From NCBI GenBank assembly GCA_030295235.1, contig AP026137.1, positions 992,001 through 1,056,000 of the forward strand: a DNA stretch of 64,000 nucleotides, read 5' to 3'. Below the pieces are notes generated by a model, which was not told the origin of the DNA, did not search any database, and saw nothing but the letters and a program-made list of their open reading frames with translations. Positions within the stretch are counted from its first letter, which is position 1; every line of letters begins with the position of its first letter. A program made the translations under genes and the position numbers. Positions 46,797 to 59,900 of the stretch are shown in pieces. This stretch comes from Fistulifera solaris (taxonomy: Eukaryota).

Positions 46797-46875
46797 GAAA
46801 CGACGTTAAAATTCTGCCTCGCCGTAGGCTCTACGTAGAAACTTGTACTGAGAGGCAGAATTTTAACGTCCTTTC
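46797..46875. mobile_element. ~79-bp hairpin/mini-MITE-like element, copy 2
   Basis: Same 19-bp inverted repeat and loop as 5052-5130, with about 3 substitutions confined to the loop. Confidence 0.75.
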
Positions 46876-46966
46876 CTGTGAACCTCTATTTTAGTGCGAA
46901 TGATTGATGTTTGATGTTGCTTGATGGTTGGCAAAACCCTATGGCCGTCGAACATAATAAAAAAAT

Positions 46967-47770
46967 GGGATGCCCCTATGTCGATCAATTTCCCTACGGG
47001 GCTCACAAGGGTGTGAATTGCACGTCGACATTTGCAACAACCCATCTGGTGTCTTCCTGAATTATCGATGGAATGGAGTCGAACATAGTCTAGACTAGTC
47101 GAAAAAACGGATGATGTCGAATTAAACAATACCGGATCAATACCCACATTTTTTTTGCTCGTTGCGTGTACTATTCACGTGATCCTTCGAGTGCCGGCTT
47201 GTATTTTACATGCCTTTAACAGTGGCCACGGACAGTACAAATATTTCCAACGGACAAAAAATGTGGGTATTGATCCGGATGGTTTCCGGGAGCCCCCTGT
47301 GTCGATAATTTCCCTACGGGGCCTACGTGAAATGCACGTAGACATTCGCAAAATGCATCTGCTGTCTTTTCCATGTTTGATGTTTCAATTATTGCAGAGA
47401 CACTTTATGCAGATGTGAAGGGGAATGTTACAATGAATTCTGTCGCTGTCGGATTCGATTCGAGAAGTGATGAGGTTAAATTCAATGCTACCTACATCGA
47501 TAAAATTCGTACGGGGTCTACGTAATAAACACGTAGATATTCGAAGCGTTGTAGCTTGGCTTTTGTACTGTTTTAATTCCTCATTGATTGTGAATATCGT
47601 TTATGAGTGTGCATTATGGATGTTGGTCGATGCTTTTTTGGAATGGCAGTCGAACATACTCGAAAATGGTGCCATCAAAATTACACAATATCCGGGTGCC
47701 CCCTCTGTCGATAAATTTCCCCACGGGCTCTACGTGAAATGCACGTAGACATTCGCAAAAATGCATCATT
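46967..47770 (+). repeat. Four diverged copies of the ~200-bp CTACGTG/CACGTAG-dyad repeat
   Basis: TCGATAAATTTCCCTACGGGGC..CTACGTGAAATGCACGTAGACATTCG variants at ~46980, 47300, 47497 and 47707. Confidence 0.8.
47132..47278. mobile_element. 147-bp MITE-like insertion with 23-bp TIRs
   Basis: CCGGATCAATACCCACATTTTTT (47132-47154) / AAAAAATGTGGGTATTGATCCGG (47256-47278); no clear TSD. Confidence 0.65.
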
Positions 47771-48147
47771 CATCCTTTTTACCCCTGAATTCAAAAAATG
47801 ATACTCCGTAATAAATTATGGTCCTTATGGCTACTTGAAACTATGTATGCACATTGATGAGACTTTTATGCGACATTGGTGGGACGAAGAACCGAAAACG
47901 GATTAGGATTTACGTGGATGGGCGCCTCGCGTCGCGTCGACCGACAGACCATCGGACGACCTCCGGTGGTGCGCTAGCTGCGCGCTGCGGTCGCTCCTCC
48001 GCCGCTCCAACGAAACCATGAACATGAACCGCACAAACCATTTCCCTGCGGCGCCGTCTGCTCTCTCCTGTTGTTGTCCCTCTCTTCAGGCAGTTACGAA
48101 ACAAGACAAACCTTTCGATCTATCTCTTTCTTTTTGAAACTAAAAAG

Positions 48148-49104
48148 ATGCCAATTACACCGCGCTGGGGCGATGAAGACGATGATTCGGACGACGAACA
48201 GCAGCGCGTTCACCGCGATCCTAAACAAGTTGTCATTCCTCCTACGCACAAGTCTCGCGTAGACTCGAAAGGAATTCAAGTTGTAACATCGTATCGGTTA
48301 AATCCCAACAATCATTCGCAGCTGCTCAAAACAGTCACCAAGGTGAAAGTCTCGGTAGAGCGTGTCCGTGAAGCGAAAGCGGTAGAAGAACGCCGACAAT
48401 GGAGCAAGTTCGGACAGGCACTCATTGACGAAAAGGAAAATACGAAAACGACAGTGCAATCCAAAGATGAAATTCTTATGGAAGATCCCCACGCAGATAC
48501 TGATTTGCAGGACGAAGACCCTGGAAAGGCTATTGCGGGTAACCTCAATGAGTTCTGGGCGAAGCAACAACGACGTCAACTTGAACGAAAATACGATGTT
48601 ACGGGTAATGCTGAGCCGCAAGATGCGGGCTGGACGCAAGTGGGAACTGGAGCTGCTGCTCCTTCGACTGGAAAGTATGTGCCTCCAGCGGCGCGCGGTG
48701 GTGCCAGCGGTGCTAGCAGTGCGTTCAAGCCGGAACGCCGCATGGACGATCTGAATACGATCCGTGTCACCAACTTGTCGGAAAACACAAGTGAACACGA
48801 TTTGCAGGAATTGTTCGCACGATATGGTCGTATCTCTCGTGTGTACTTGGCCAAAGACAAGGAAACGATGCAGTCTCGAGGATTCGCTTTTGTTTCTTTC
48901 GTCATGCAATCGGATGCTGCCAAGGCGATGGAGGCGTTGCAAGGCTATGGTTATGATCACTTGATTTTGAAACTAGAATGGGCTCGTCCGAATGCTCCGA
49001 AAGATCCTGCAACGAGCGGTACCGAGTTCCGTAGTGGTTATGGTAAAGCATTGGCGCAGGATACTACGGCGAAAGTATCGTATGCTTCCAATCTTACAAA
49101 ATAA
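48148..49104 (+). CDS. eIF3g: Eukaryotic translation initiation factor 3 subunit G
   Basis: RWGDEDDD, VEERRQWSKFG, GKYVPP and the RRM TIRVTNLSENTSEHDLQELF...SRGFAFVSF...GYGYDHLILKLEWA. Confidence 0.95.
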   Translation: MPITPRWGDEDDDSDDEQQRVHRDPKQVVIPPTHKSRVDSKGIQVVTSYRLNPNNHSQLLKTVTKVKVSVERVREAKAVEERRQWSKFGQALIDEKENTKTTVQSKDEILMEDPHADTDLQDEDPGKAIAGNLNEFWAKQQRRQLERKYDVTGNAEPQDAGWTQVGTGAAAPSTGKYVPPAARGGASGASSAFKPERRMDDLNTIRVTNLSENTSEHDLQELFARYGRISRVYLAKDKETMQSRGFAFVSFVMQSDAAKAMEALQGYGYDHLILKLEWARPNAPKDPATSGTEFRSGYGKALAQDTTAKVSYASNLTK

Positions 49105-50127
49105 ATAGTCAGAGTAAATATTTATTGTTTGAAAAAGGTTTCTCTACGGTTCGGTTAGGTGAATGATTCGGAGTACGCGTCTGCTTTGATTTAAATAGGC
49201 TGGCTACTCTGTAGAACCTTATTCTGAGCATCAAATCGTTAGACTCCTGGCTCTTAGTTTTTTTCTAATTTGCTGTAAGGGCTGGTTACTTTTTCGAAGG
49301 TCCCCTCGTTCAAACAGTAGTCGAAACTTGTTTTGGTCAATCGACCTCCGCCGCGATAAAAGCACGACGACCATGGCGAAACGCCGTTCATGTTGCTATA
49401 ACTTGTGCTAAAGGCTGCGCATTTCTCTCAAACCTGAGATATATAATTCTCTCACGGTAGGAACGCATCTCGTTGAAAATGAGAGAAAATGGCGCCACTG
49501 GGATGAAGTTTTCGGGTTTCACGTCGATTTTCTACGGTGAAAAAGCACGGTAGAATCGAATCATGACCGTTCTTCACAACCCAATCGACTCTGACAAAAG
49601 TAAAACAACCATTATAACCGCTTAATTCTAATTATATAATAACAATAAAAATAATGTCAAGAAAGCATTGTTTAATCGATCGGCGCCCCATCATGTTTAG
49701 GCTTCACTTGTGCGTTGTTTTACCATGGTGAGTTTTTTGTTCTATGGATTACTGTAACTCAGAGTGTACTGATACGGAGCTATCGCGACAGGACCTCTCT
49801 GCGTGTAACCAGCCCTTACTATTTACAGAAGTACTTAATTGATAGGAAACGAGTAACAAGTACCTCTTATCCAACTGAGACGTTTCGACGACGATAGACC
49901 TAGTCGATCCGGGATACGATCGCGTGCAAAGCAGCAGGCCGTAGCGTTGTGACACGTACCAAGTACGTACTTACTTCGAACGGTTTTAGTTCCTTCGTCC
50001 TCATTATTTTCTCCCTCCACTTCATTATTGTTTGATCTAACTCATTCTTTCCTCCTTGCTAGAGCATTGTGTCGCTGGAAACTTCCCTTCACGAGTAATA
50101 GACAACAAAACGGAGCTGACGCAAACG

Positions 50128-50562
50128 ATGGCTCGCACTCACTCTACAAAACGATCGGCCTTGACCAGTTTCATCTTGACTCTGTTTTTCACCACGAATG
50201 TTGCGGGTTGGACTACTTCATTACGATCAAAAAGACCGAGCAGCACTCAACTTAATGCTGCAACACGCCGTGCGTTTCTTTATACAACAGCTACGACGAC
50301 TGCCGCTACCTTATTTCCTTCTGTAATGTTCGCGAATGAGTCCTCCGACAACCCAAATATCGATCCATTCGATGCTATGAGCGACGCACTCCGACAACAA
50401 GGGTGGCCGAATTCGGCATCACCTTTACCGATTCCCTCCAATAGTTCACTGAGTACAAGCGGCAATAGTAGTGGTGAAATACAAAGGGTATCGTCTGATT
50501 TGGAGAACGCCCTCCAAGAAGCCGCCAAAAGGAAGCAAGTTGACCCTCGAACTCATGGTTGA
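50128..50562 (+). CDS. Small plastid/thylakoid-lumen hypothetical protein
   Basis: Signal peptide ending VAG-W, twin-Arg TRRAFLYTTA...VMFA, C-terminal KRKQVDPRTHG. Confidence 0.6.
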   Translation: MARTHSTKRSALTSFILTLFFTTNVAGWTTSLRSKRPSSTQLNAATRRAFLYTTATTTAATLFPSVMFANESSDNPNIDPFDAMSDALRQQGWPNSASPLPIPSNSSLSTSGNSSGEIQRVSSDLENALQEAAKRKQVDPRTHG

Positions 50563-51014
50563 TTCTGCTTTCAATTATGAAGGAACTTTATCAATCTTCC
50601 TAAGTGGAGTTTTCATGGATGAATCTGATAATCGTAAGCACGCGCTCGTGATCTCTCACCACATAGATTTGCGGCTTGATCAAGCGACAAAAAATGATCG
50701 ATTGTTTGCAACATAAACTAGTAAGAAAATCATAACTAAGGCCGACCGTCAGCGTCTTTCTCATCGCTTTGTCGCTGCTAGATCGGTGAATCAACTTGAT
50801 TGTTCGTAGACGAGAAAGCGCGTTAGTAGGATTTGAAAAAACAGAGGGCATCCGATTCAAGCCCAGCATTCCATCCTTTTCTTCTCGCAGCGATCACAAA
50901 AGCGTGGCTTGTCTTTAAAATAATTAGTTTAAATTTAGTGTTTACGTGGTGTTCCTCCTTCATGTATCATGTCACGTATCATACGGTGTAATAAGTTATT
51001 CTTAATGAACTCAA

Positions 51015-51619
51015 TTAACGCCACATGGCCCACAACAAAAAGATAAATGCCAATACGAGCCCAATGGCGATCCCATATATAATCATCTTCTGTTGCACTT
51101 GCCTTCGACTCATGCTAGTCAAATGCGTCGCGCCCGTCCGGTCATTCCAGAGACTTCCCTCACACGACCGTGTGCATTCAATAATGTCTCCCGGTTGGTA
51201 CCCAACTCCTCGGTAATTTCCAACGCCACAGCTTCCGTTTCTTGCATCGTTCGACGAGCGCGTTCGAGTGTGTCATTTTGATTCGATAGCATATCTTCAT
51301 TCTTTTGTAAAGCTCTACGTTCATAGTCGCCGTTGATATTATTCGTGCCGCCCAGAAGGGACTGTTTGTCACTCTTTTGTTGCATAGCTTGATACTGCGA
51401 CTTGGCTTGGCGTACTTTTTGTAGCAGCAAGTTTTTGACGTTTGTGGAAGGCTGTGATCGTGCTTCCAACGCCATTTGCTTGATTAAATCATCGCATTGT
51501 TGCAACAGGTTTTTCGTAAAAGCACCGGGAGGTTCCGTCGACAAGGAGTTTTCAATTTGTTGCAAAAGCGATTGAAATTCGTCGTCGTATCGTTGAAATG
51601 TCGTGTCACTGTCTGCCAT
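51015..51619 (-). CDS. VTI1: Qb-SNARE VTI1
   Basis: FQRYDDEFQSL, DDLIKQMALEARS and TLERARRTMQETEAVALEITEELGTNRETL. A frameshift near 51120 restores the C-terminal TM helix IIYGIAIGLVLAFIFLLWAMWR*. Confidence 0.9.
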
Positions 51620-51986
51620 TCTTACTAAATATAATGAGCAATAATAATGATCTTGATGGGTTACGAGGTAGTTGGAGTTGGAGTGCAATGATAGAGGTCG
51701 CAATACTACTTGTAGTACTAGTAATTTTATAAAAAAACAGTCTTCGCGTGCTGCGTGCAAAGCAAACTGCGGCCATTTTTGTTCACCGTCAAACATTTTC
51801 ATTCCCGTTTGGGACGCGCTACGACAAAGACTAGAAAATAAAGCGCTGTACCTTTCACAAATGCATGTTTCACTTTTTTTAAAAAAAATAGACCAATGTC
51901 GATAATCATTGTTTTATGGCTCGCAAAAGCGATGTTGGGCAAAGCGTTGTTGACATTGGTGTCCAAAAGACGCGTTTAACGGTGTG

Positions 51987-52272
51987 ATCGAAATAACACA
52001 ATATCCGGGTACCCCCTTTGTCGATAAATTTCCCTACGAGAGCTACGTGAAATCACGTAGACATTCGAAGCGTTGCATCATTCGCTCCATCAACGTTTTG
52101 TTTTCAAGTCGGTGGCAATTGTTGTTTTCCATTACGAAGCAAATAGTGCACTGGAAACCCAAATATTGGACGATGGTGAAAAAGGCAATTTCCGGGTTTC
52201 CCTACAGAGATAAATTTCCTACCAGGTACAGTACGGCGGCTACGTAACATACACGCGTAGACATTGGAAGTG
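51987..52272 (+). repeat. Two copies (one degenerate) of the ~200-bp dyad repeat
   Basis: ACACAATATCCGGGTACCCCCTTTGTCGATAAATTTCCCTACGAGAGCTACGTGAAATCACGTAGACATTCG matches 47683-47755. Confidence 0.8.
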
Positions 52273-52432
52273 TTTTATCTTTCTACTGTTTCAAGTTTTA
52301 CTATCCAATCAAGGTCGATAATTGATTGTTTCATGGCTCGTATGAATCATAATACGAAGAATTAACGAACAACCATACCAGGTACAATAGCATCCCCCTT
52401 TTTGAAAAATAAAAGTGATTTTTCACCACGCG

Positions 52433-53406
52433 ATGGCGCCGTTCATTCCGCTTTGCTGGATCGCGTTTTCTTTTGTTCGTCAACCTGTTTGTCGGAAGGG
52501 ACACAGATCTGCTCCTCGTTGTTTTTCGTCATCTTCACGGTTACTCTTAACAGTGAAGAATGTCATCACCAGCCCTAAATCCAATACACTTCAAAAAGTA
52601 CAGAAATTACTGCAACAGCGCAAAAAACGTCTCGAATACAATCAGGTAGTCGTCGAAGGGCCTAGAAGTGTTCTCGACTTGCTGAAAACGCATTCACAGG
52701 TTGTACGGCAAGTCATCGTTGACGTTGATCAGCTGCATTATCATGCTGCACTATCACAATACGAAACAGAACTAGAAATATGTTACGCTACAGCGGCAGC
52801 TCTACAGTCCTGTTCTGATACCAATCAGGGTATCTTTGCTGTATGCGATATCCCTCAACCAGATTCTGTGGTACCCTCTTCCGAATTACAACGCGTCACA
52901 CTCATTTTGGATGCCTTGCAAGATCCGGGTAATGTCGGTACATTGATTCGATCCGCGGCAGCAACCGGAGTTGTAGAGCACATTTACTTTTGCCGGGAAC
53001 CTGTGATCCGTGGAATCCAAAGGCATTGCGAGCGGCCATGGCGACTACGTTTGGAGTATCAATGAGATTTGTGGATTCCTGGGACGGTTGTCTGCAAGAG
53101 CTGCGGCAACAGCAATCGCACGATCACTTTCCGATTTATGCAGCCGCCATGACCAATGAGTCGGAGTGTTATCATGAGATCATTTCAAAATGGGCCGAAG
53201 AGCCAGATACGCATAAAATGGCACTAATCCTGGGATCCGAAGGCAATGGACTATCACCTGAAATTCAACAAGCTTTGAAAACCCGTGAGATTCAAGGCAT
53301 ACACATTCCAATGCAACCCGTAGTCGAAAGTTTGAATGCAGCGGTATGTGGGAGCATTCTATTGTATGAAGTTCTGCGGTGTCTAGAATCTTCGAAGCAG
53401 AGATAA
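52433..53406 (+). CDS. TrmH/SpoU family RNA 2'-O-methyltransferase (frameshifted)
   Basis: LILDALQDPGNVGTLIRSAAA, DPWNPKALRAAM, LILGSEGNGLS and ESLNAAV; indel near 52990. Confidence 0.9.
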
Positions 53407-53957
53407 TAAATATATTGGAATGTTGCATTGTGTTCTTTTTTTGTCAAATTGTGAAAGGTGGCTAGAGTCGGAGAGTCTTTTCACGACGCATTGTAGCTCG
53501 TGACAGGATTCATGTCGAGGAGTCGGGAAAAAAGTTGTCTACACTTTACATCATACTCAGAACTAAAGAGCAGGTTAAAAAAGGCGACCATCGTTATTCT
53601 TTCCAGCGACAACATCTACATTAGATGATATCGTCACTGCTGTTACTGGTCTACCTTCCTAATTCTTTATACTTTTGCTTTGGTCTCCTTAGTGACGGCA
53701 AACGATACACGATACGATAAACAGCCTGTGGCGGTCTGGCACTTGTACGTGAAAGTACTGTCCGGCGTCCGTCCCCCACTAGCTGGACGCAAACGCGCGG
53801 CTTTGAATGATTTTTTTTTTGACCATGGGGACGAGAGCAAGATCATTCTCAGCGTCTTGACAAGTCTAAGGAACGATCTTTGGTTAACTTGATCCTAAAA
53901 TACTGCTTGATTTCGACTGTTCCTTTTAGCTATTAAGTAGAAGATCGTTTTTGAAGG

Positions 53958-56900
53958 ATGAACGATAACGAAGAATTGACGACGACTGCAGCAACCGAAA
54001 TCACTGAAACTTCAATCCGCGAGCAAATCTTGACGTTGGTTTCGTGTGCGCCGGATGTCTGGACTTCGAAACAACGCGCTGCTTTTCTTCAGAAAGTAAA
54101 TGATTTGATTGAGCAAGAACCACTTGCTCGTCGTATTTTGTCCGAGTGGAAAGGTAAGGAGTTGATGTGACAGTCTCTAATTCAGTTTCTCATGGTATCT
54201 CACATCCTAAATCTTATTTTAAAATCGTTCGCAGATTTGCAGTGCTCTTCGTTACACGCTTACAAGCGCGTGGTTCCTTTGTACACACGATCTATCGTTT
54301 TGTCGCTCTTGGAACCATCATCAGAGAGTTCGCAAGACGAAGGAGAGGACATTATATCGTCATTGACAACCGCCAATCTTTGTCAACAACTGGCTCGTTT
54401 GTTATACGCCGCTCAGAGTGCTACTTTACTGCAACAAGCCGCGCAACAACTGGCTAGTACTAGCAACAGCAGTGAGTCGCTCACTGTAGAGGACAAGAAG
54501 AAATTAGCGGATCTCTTGCAGAATGCAAGTGATGATGATTCATCCACTACTATCGTTTGCTTGTCCTTGGGAGCGGTCTTGGACCCGCAACGGGATTGGA
54601 TATCGTTATTGTTGCAGCATTCCCTGGCTCACTTTTCCAGTTCCAGTGAACTGCAGTTGGCGGCTCCCATCTGGGCCACGCAGCATGATGTCAACATTTG
54701 GCAAACGACCATTGCACCTGCTCTGCTGCTGAAAGTTAAGTCGCATCCGGACCGAGCGTTGGATACTGTTTTGGGTTGGATTCAGGGACTGGCGAAGCAC
54801 GCGGATGCCGTGGCGTTGGACGACGAATGGATTCAATTGTTGCTGCAAAAACACATTGTACAAGGCAACAAAGAGGAAAACCGAATTTTGGCGCAACAAA
54901 TTCTTCACGTCAGTGCGCGCCAATCCGGCCATGCTACCTATGCTATAGCCAAAGCTGTGGCACAAGTTCAGACATCACAAGTCGGTGTGCGTATGGCGTG
55001 CTACACGTTGTTGCAAAAACTGGCGTACGACTTGCAACAAGTCCAGGAAGCGAGCAAGATACCTTCGTTACAAGGTGTATGGGAGGGACTATTTGCACTC
55101 TTGGCGAAAGAAACGAAACCAGAGTCAAAGCGATATGGGACTGAAGCTTTGGTAGAGTGGATGGTTGCGGCGAAACAGCAGGGCGTCGATTTTACTCCAG
55201 CGTTGCAATTCTTTCAGACTCCACTCCAGTCCAAACATATGAATACGTCGGAAGCCGCTCGCTTATGGACAGTACTGGTGGAAAAAGTGCAACCCGATAT
55301 TTTGCGAGGTATCGTGTCGGATTTGTGGACGGTGGGTTCGGATAAGACATGGAACCAAGCAACAGAAACTATGCTGGAGACAGCGTCCAAGAAGAAGGCA
55401 GCACATGTGGATGGAGTTGTGGCTATTTATTTTGCATTATTTCTTGCGACTGGTTCCAAAACATCTATGTCATTGCATCCTGCTGTCACCAAAGTCCTTA
55501 CGACAAGCAGTTCATTCCTCTACAGCGCTTCATTTCTGGATTCCGTACCGAGTACACCGTTGATCGGTATGATTTTACCTCAACTTTTCGCTCTTTACAC
55601 GCAATGGAGTTATGAACAAAAGTCGCCCTCCTCCTGTCCAAAACTCTTTCCCTCCAGCCAAGCCGCCATTCGCGCTCTGGTGGTCTGCATTCTCAATCCG
55701 TGCAGTACCCATCCTCCCGACAATGTGCGCACCACACAGCAACACTATGCCAGCAATGCCCTTGTTGCGGCATTGGAACGAATTCTACAATCTGAACCTT
55801 CTACAGTCGCGCCGCTAGTCGCTGCCTTGCTCGATGCGGTTCAACAAGCATGTCGGGACTTTGAATCGCAAGATATTTCCGAAGACGCCCCTGATTTGAA
55901 TACTAAAATGAAAGGCAATGCAAGTAAAGATGCGGCCCACAGGGGTTTTGACTGCAATGCCGTCCGGCGCGTTGCGAGGCTTCTTGCAGTAGACAGTGAT
56001 CCGATACAAACGGCACGTGTCTTGGTCTTAATGCATGCTGGATCATCCACGCGGAACACTGGGCATCAACGAGCCGCACTTATTATCAATACCCGAAGTG
56101 CGTTAGCCAAGCTACTATATCGGGCGGGGGTGCGTTTAATTTGGATGAGTTAGGACAGGAGATCGTTCGATTAGCTAGTGATGGACGGTATGACGCCGAA
56201 TCTAGTATGAGCCAAACCATCCATCGTTCAGCGTGCAGTCTCCTCGTGAGTCTCGCAGTGATCGCAAGCAACGACCCCACAGACAATGACAAAGAAGAGC
56301 CATATCACGCCGTTCATAAATTGTGCGTGGAAATCATTAGTCCGAAGCTCGCCGCCAAACTTAAGGAATCCTTGGAACGAGTAGAAAGTTTGAGTGCAGA
56401 TGACATGGAGATATATTTGACACCGCTCGGTACTCTGTGTGAACAGAGAGAGGAACGCGACGAAAACACCAACAAAAAAGACGGGGAAGCGCCTAACGGA
56501 AGACGAAGAATGGGAACTACAAACCAAAAAGGAACTCGCTAAAAAGAAAAAAGGACGCCGTTAATGGGTTGACGGAAGAGCGGAGAAAGAAAATACAAGA
56601 TCAGGATGTTGAACGTGAACGAATCAAATGCCTTCTAAATGGGGACTTCGTGTTTACTTTGGAAAGCATCCAACTTCTTTCATCCTCTGACATTGAAGTC
56701 GGCAACTCTTGTCTTGCAACATTCGCTGATCCTGTCCTTCGGTCTGCAGTGTCGGTGTGCCCCGCTGTATCTGCTCTGCGTAATGTCCGTGTCGCATGCT
56801 ATGATACTCTGATGACGTTGGCGAATTGTGTTTACGAAATCGACGAGAAGCATGCTTCTGCTATGGTTCATGCGCTTCTCATTAGTTGCAGACGACCGAC

Positions 56901-59900
56901 ATCCACCGATGGGACAGCGACTGGACCGATCCAGGTGTCGGCACTCCCTTCTCCCTGCGCTCCAGCCGCAGTCTGCGTTTATGAAATAGATCAATTTGGA
57001 GATTGTTTATCGGGTCCCAGTTTCAATTTTCTGTTCCCAGTTCTACAAGCATGTCTCATGGGGCCACGGACCGCGATTGGGTGCGACAAGGCGCTTGCTG
57101 TCTTGGAGCGGCATACGCAAGTATTGTACGGTGATGGGAAGGATGTTATTGTTCTAAGCAGGCGGAAGGACATGGCCATCAGTGTACTGGAACTTTTGAA
57201 GCATGATCGATGCCAAACCTTTCAAAACCCCACTGCTTTTGAGACACTTGTGGCATGCTATAATGCTGATCTGTCCACGTCACCTCTGACAACTGGAGAG
57301 CTAGCCCCACTTTTAGATGAAAGAGGATCTCTCGGCAAACAGTCCTGTAGATTGGGGTCAATGATGGCTCTTCGCCATATTGCAGAGAGTCACCCCAAGC
57401 TGGCGAAATCCGATCCTCTTGTTGAAAACAGAATTTGGTACAACTGCTTTGCCGATGATGAAGAGATTAAAAAGGCAGCTAGAATGGCGTGGGCCACTTT
57501 TGGAGGCAATTTGGAAGAAGAATCTCCTCACCCCCGTCTCCACTTTACGCCCCTATCTTGATCCCTCTTCTAAATCATCATGACGAATCTATTGCAAAGG
57601 CTGCCGCTGAAGCGTTTGCTCATGCTCTAGCAGCTTATCCGAAATCCGTTGGTCGCAATGTTGAAATGCTTTGCAAAAACTATCTCGATGCCTTTCCTTA
57701 CGTTTGTGCTGAGTCCAATACGGAGTCGGTGGCAGCACCCAAACCGGCTATTGCAGCGCCTAAACCTAAGCCAGTGGTTGCTACCAAACTGAAGGTTGCT
57801 CCCAAGCCATCAGCTCTATCCATAGCAGGTATTGGCAAGCCTAAAGTTGCGGTAAAAAAGAAATCGGCACTGAATTCGGCGTTGCTTAAACCGAGAGCCG
57901 AACGAACTCTTGATCAGGCCGAACTGGAAAACCAATTCAAGCCCGCTTCTACCAAATTGAAAATTCAAGAAGAGAAGGATTCACCTGAAAAGGTCTCGAT
58001 TCGCCTTGGTGTGCTTGGTGCACTCTCCGCTATCACTCGTCTGCCCTTCCACTTTGAAATGGATGAATTTACTTTGAAACTCTTGACTTCATTTCTGATG
58101 GCATTCGGTCTGGCAGACAGTGATGAAACAGTAAAGAATGCTGCTCGTGACACTCTTCGAGACATTGTGGCCTCCAATGGCGGCTCGGAAGAGGCCATTG
58201 CTTTTCTTCTTCCACATTTAGAAGAAGTTCTCAAAACGGGCTCAACAAATGGAGCGATGTTGTCATCGCTTTCAACGGACAAGATACCGAAAGACGTTTC
58301 TTCCTCCGATCGCCGCAAAGAAGGAGCCGTGGTTGCTCTTGGTTCAGTCGCATTGCATCTCAAAGGACCAGAAAATGACACGAAAATTGATAGCACAGTT
58401 GACATGCTTATTGGAGCCCTGAACACACCGAGTGAGGAAGTTCAAACTTCTGTTGCTGACGCCTTGACGAAGCTGATGAAAAGGGGAACACACAGGATCG
58501 CATTGAGGACTTATTGAACGATCTCCTTCGCACGTGTTTGAACGGAAGCTCACTTGCTAGTAGACGAGGCGGAGCCTATGGTTTGTCGGCTTTAGTGAAA
58601 GGAACTGGTATTACTACCTTGAAGAAATTTGATATTGTCAAAAGGCTGGAAGAAGCATGCTCTTCAGGATCTTCAAGCGAAAAAGAGGGGTCGTTATTTG
58701 CTATCGAGTTACTAAGTAGCCGCCTTGGCTTACTCTTTGAGCCATACGTTATAGTCCTGCTCCCATCACTACTCAGATCCTTTTCCGACAGTAATGATCA
58801 TGTACGAAAAGCTGCGTCCAATACCGTGGGGGTAATCATGAGCAAGCTTTCGGCACACGGAGTAAAACTTGTTATGCCTGCTGTGTTGACAGCATTCAAT
58901 GACCCAGCTTGGCGCACCAAACAGGCATCGATTCATATGTTAGGTGCCATGAGTCATCTTGCCCCTAAACAGCTTGCCTCCGCTTTGCCGAAGATCGTAC
59001 CGAAACTGACCGAGGCTTTCTCTGATACACACCCCAAGGTGAAGACAAGCGCGCAAGAGGCTCTTGACGAAATTAAGACGGTTGTAAAAAATCCCGAAAT
59101 ATCACATATCAGCTCCACGTTGCTGAAAGCCTTGACAGATCCTGCAGATTATACTACCAAAGCCTTGGAGACACTAATAGAAACAGAGTTTCTACACGCA
59201 ATAGATGCGCCGAGCTTGGCTCTCATTGTTCCCATACTACATCGTGGCTTGAGAGATCGAGGTGCCACTACAAAAAGATATGCCGGGCTCATCGCTGGAA
59301 ACATATCGACGATGATTAATGATGCTAAGGATTTGGTGCCATATCTGCCCACTCTGTTACCTGACTTGCAGACAGCGCTCCTTGACCCGATTCCTGACGT
59401 TCGAAGCACATCTGGTAAAGCGCTGGGTTCATTAACTCGAAGTCTTGGGGAGCAAATTATTCTCGAAATACGACCGTGGCTCATTTCCAAATTGCGAGAC
59501 CCTTCTTGCAGCTCAGCTGAGCGAAGTGGGGCTGCTCAGGGTTTGACTGAGGTTCTTATCGCTTCTGGCAGCAATGTAGTTGATGAGACAATCATTAACG
59601 AGATTCTTCCTCTTCGAAACCACCCCGAAGCGAGCACAAGGGAAGGAGTTTTGTGGATGCTTTCTTTCCTTCCTCCAGCGCTTGGACAAGGTTTCTCGCC
59701 ATATATTGGAATGTCACTTCCTGCTTTAGTAGGGGGGCTATCGGATGACAGTGAGCCTGTGAGGGAAGTAGCGCTTCGAGCTGGAAGAGTATTGATTCGA
59801 AGCCACGGCAAAGTTCATGTTGACAAAATCTTACCAAGTCTCGAAGAAGGACTTGTTAATGACGACCATCGTATTCGAATTGCCTCTCTCACTTTACTCG

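Noticed and set aside
48298..48960. Long antisense ORFs opposite eIF3g, GCN1 and other genes
   Set aside because: Shadow ORFs arising from codon bias of the sense gene; no recognisable motifs.
49150..50050. Possible small gene or ncRNA between eIF3g and 50128
   Set aside because: No convincing ORF, splice pattern or known snRNA motif could be supported.
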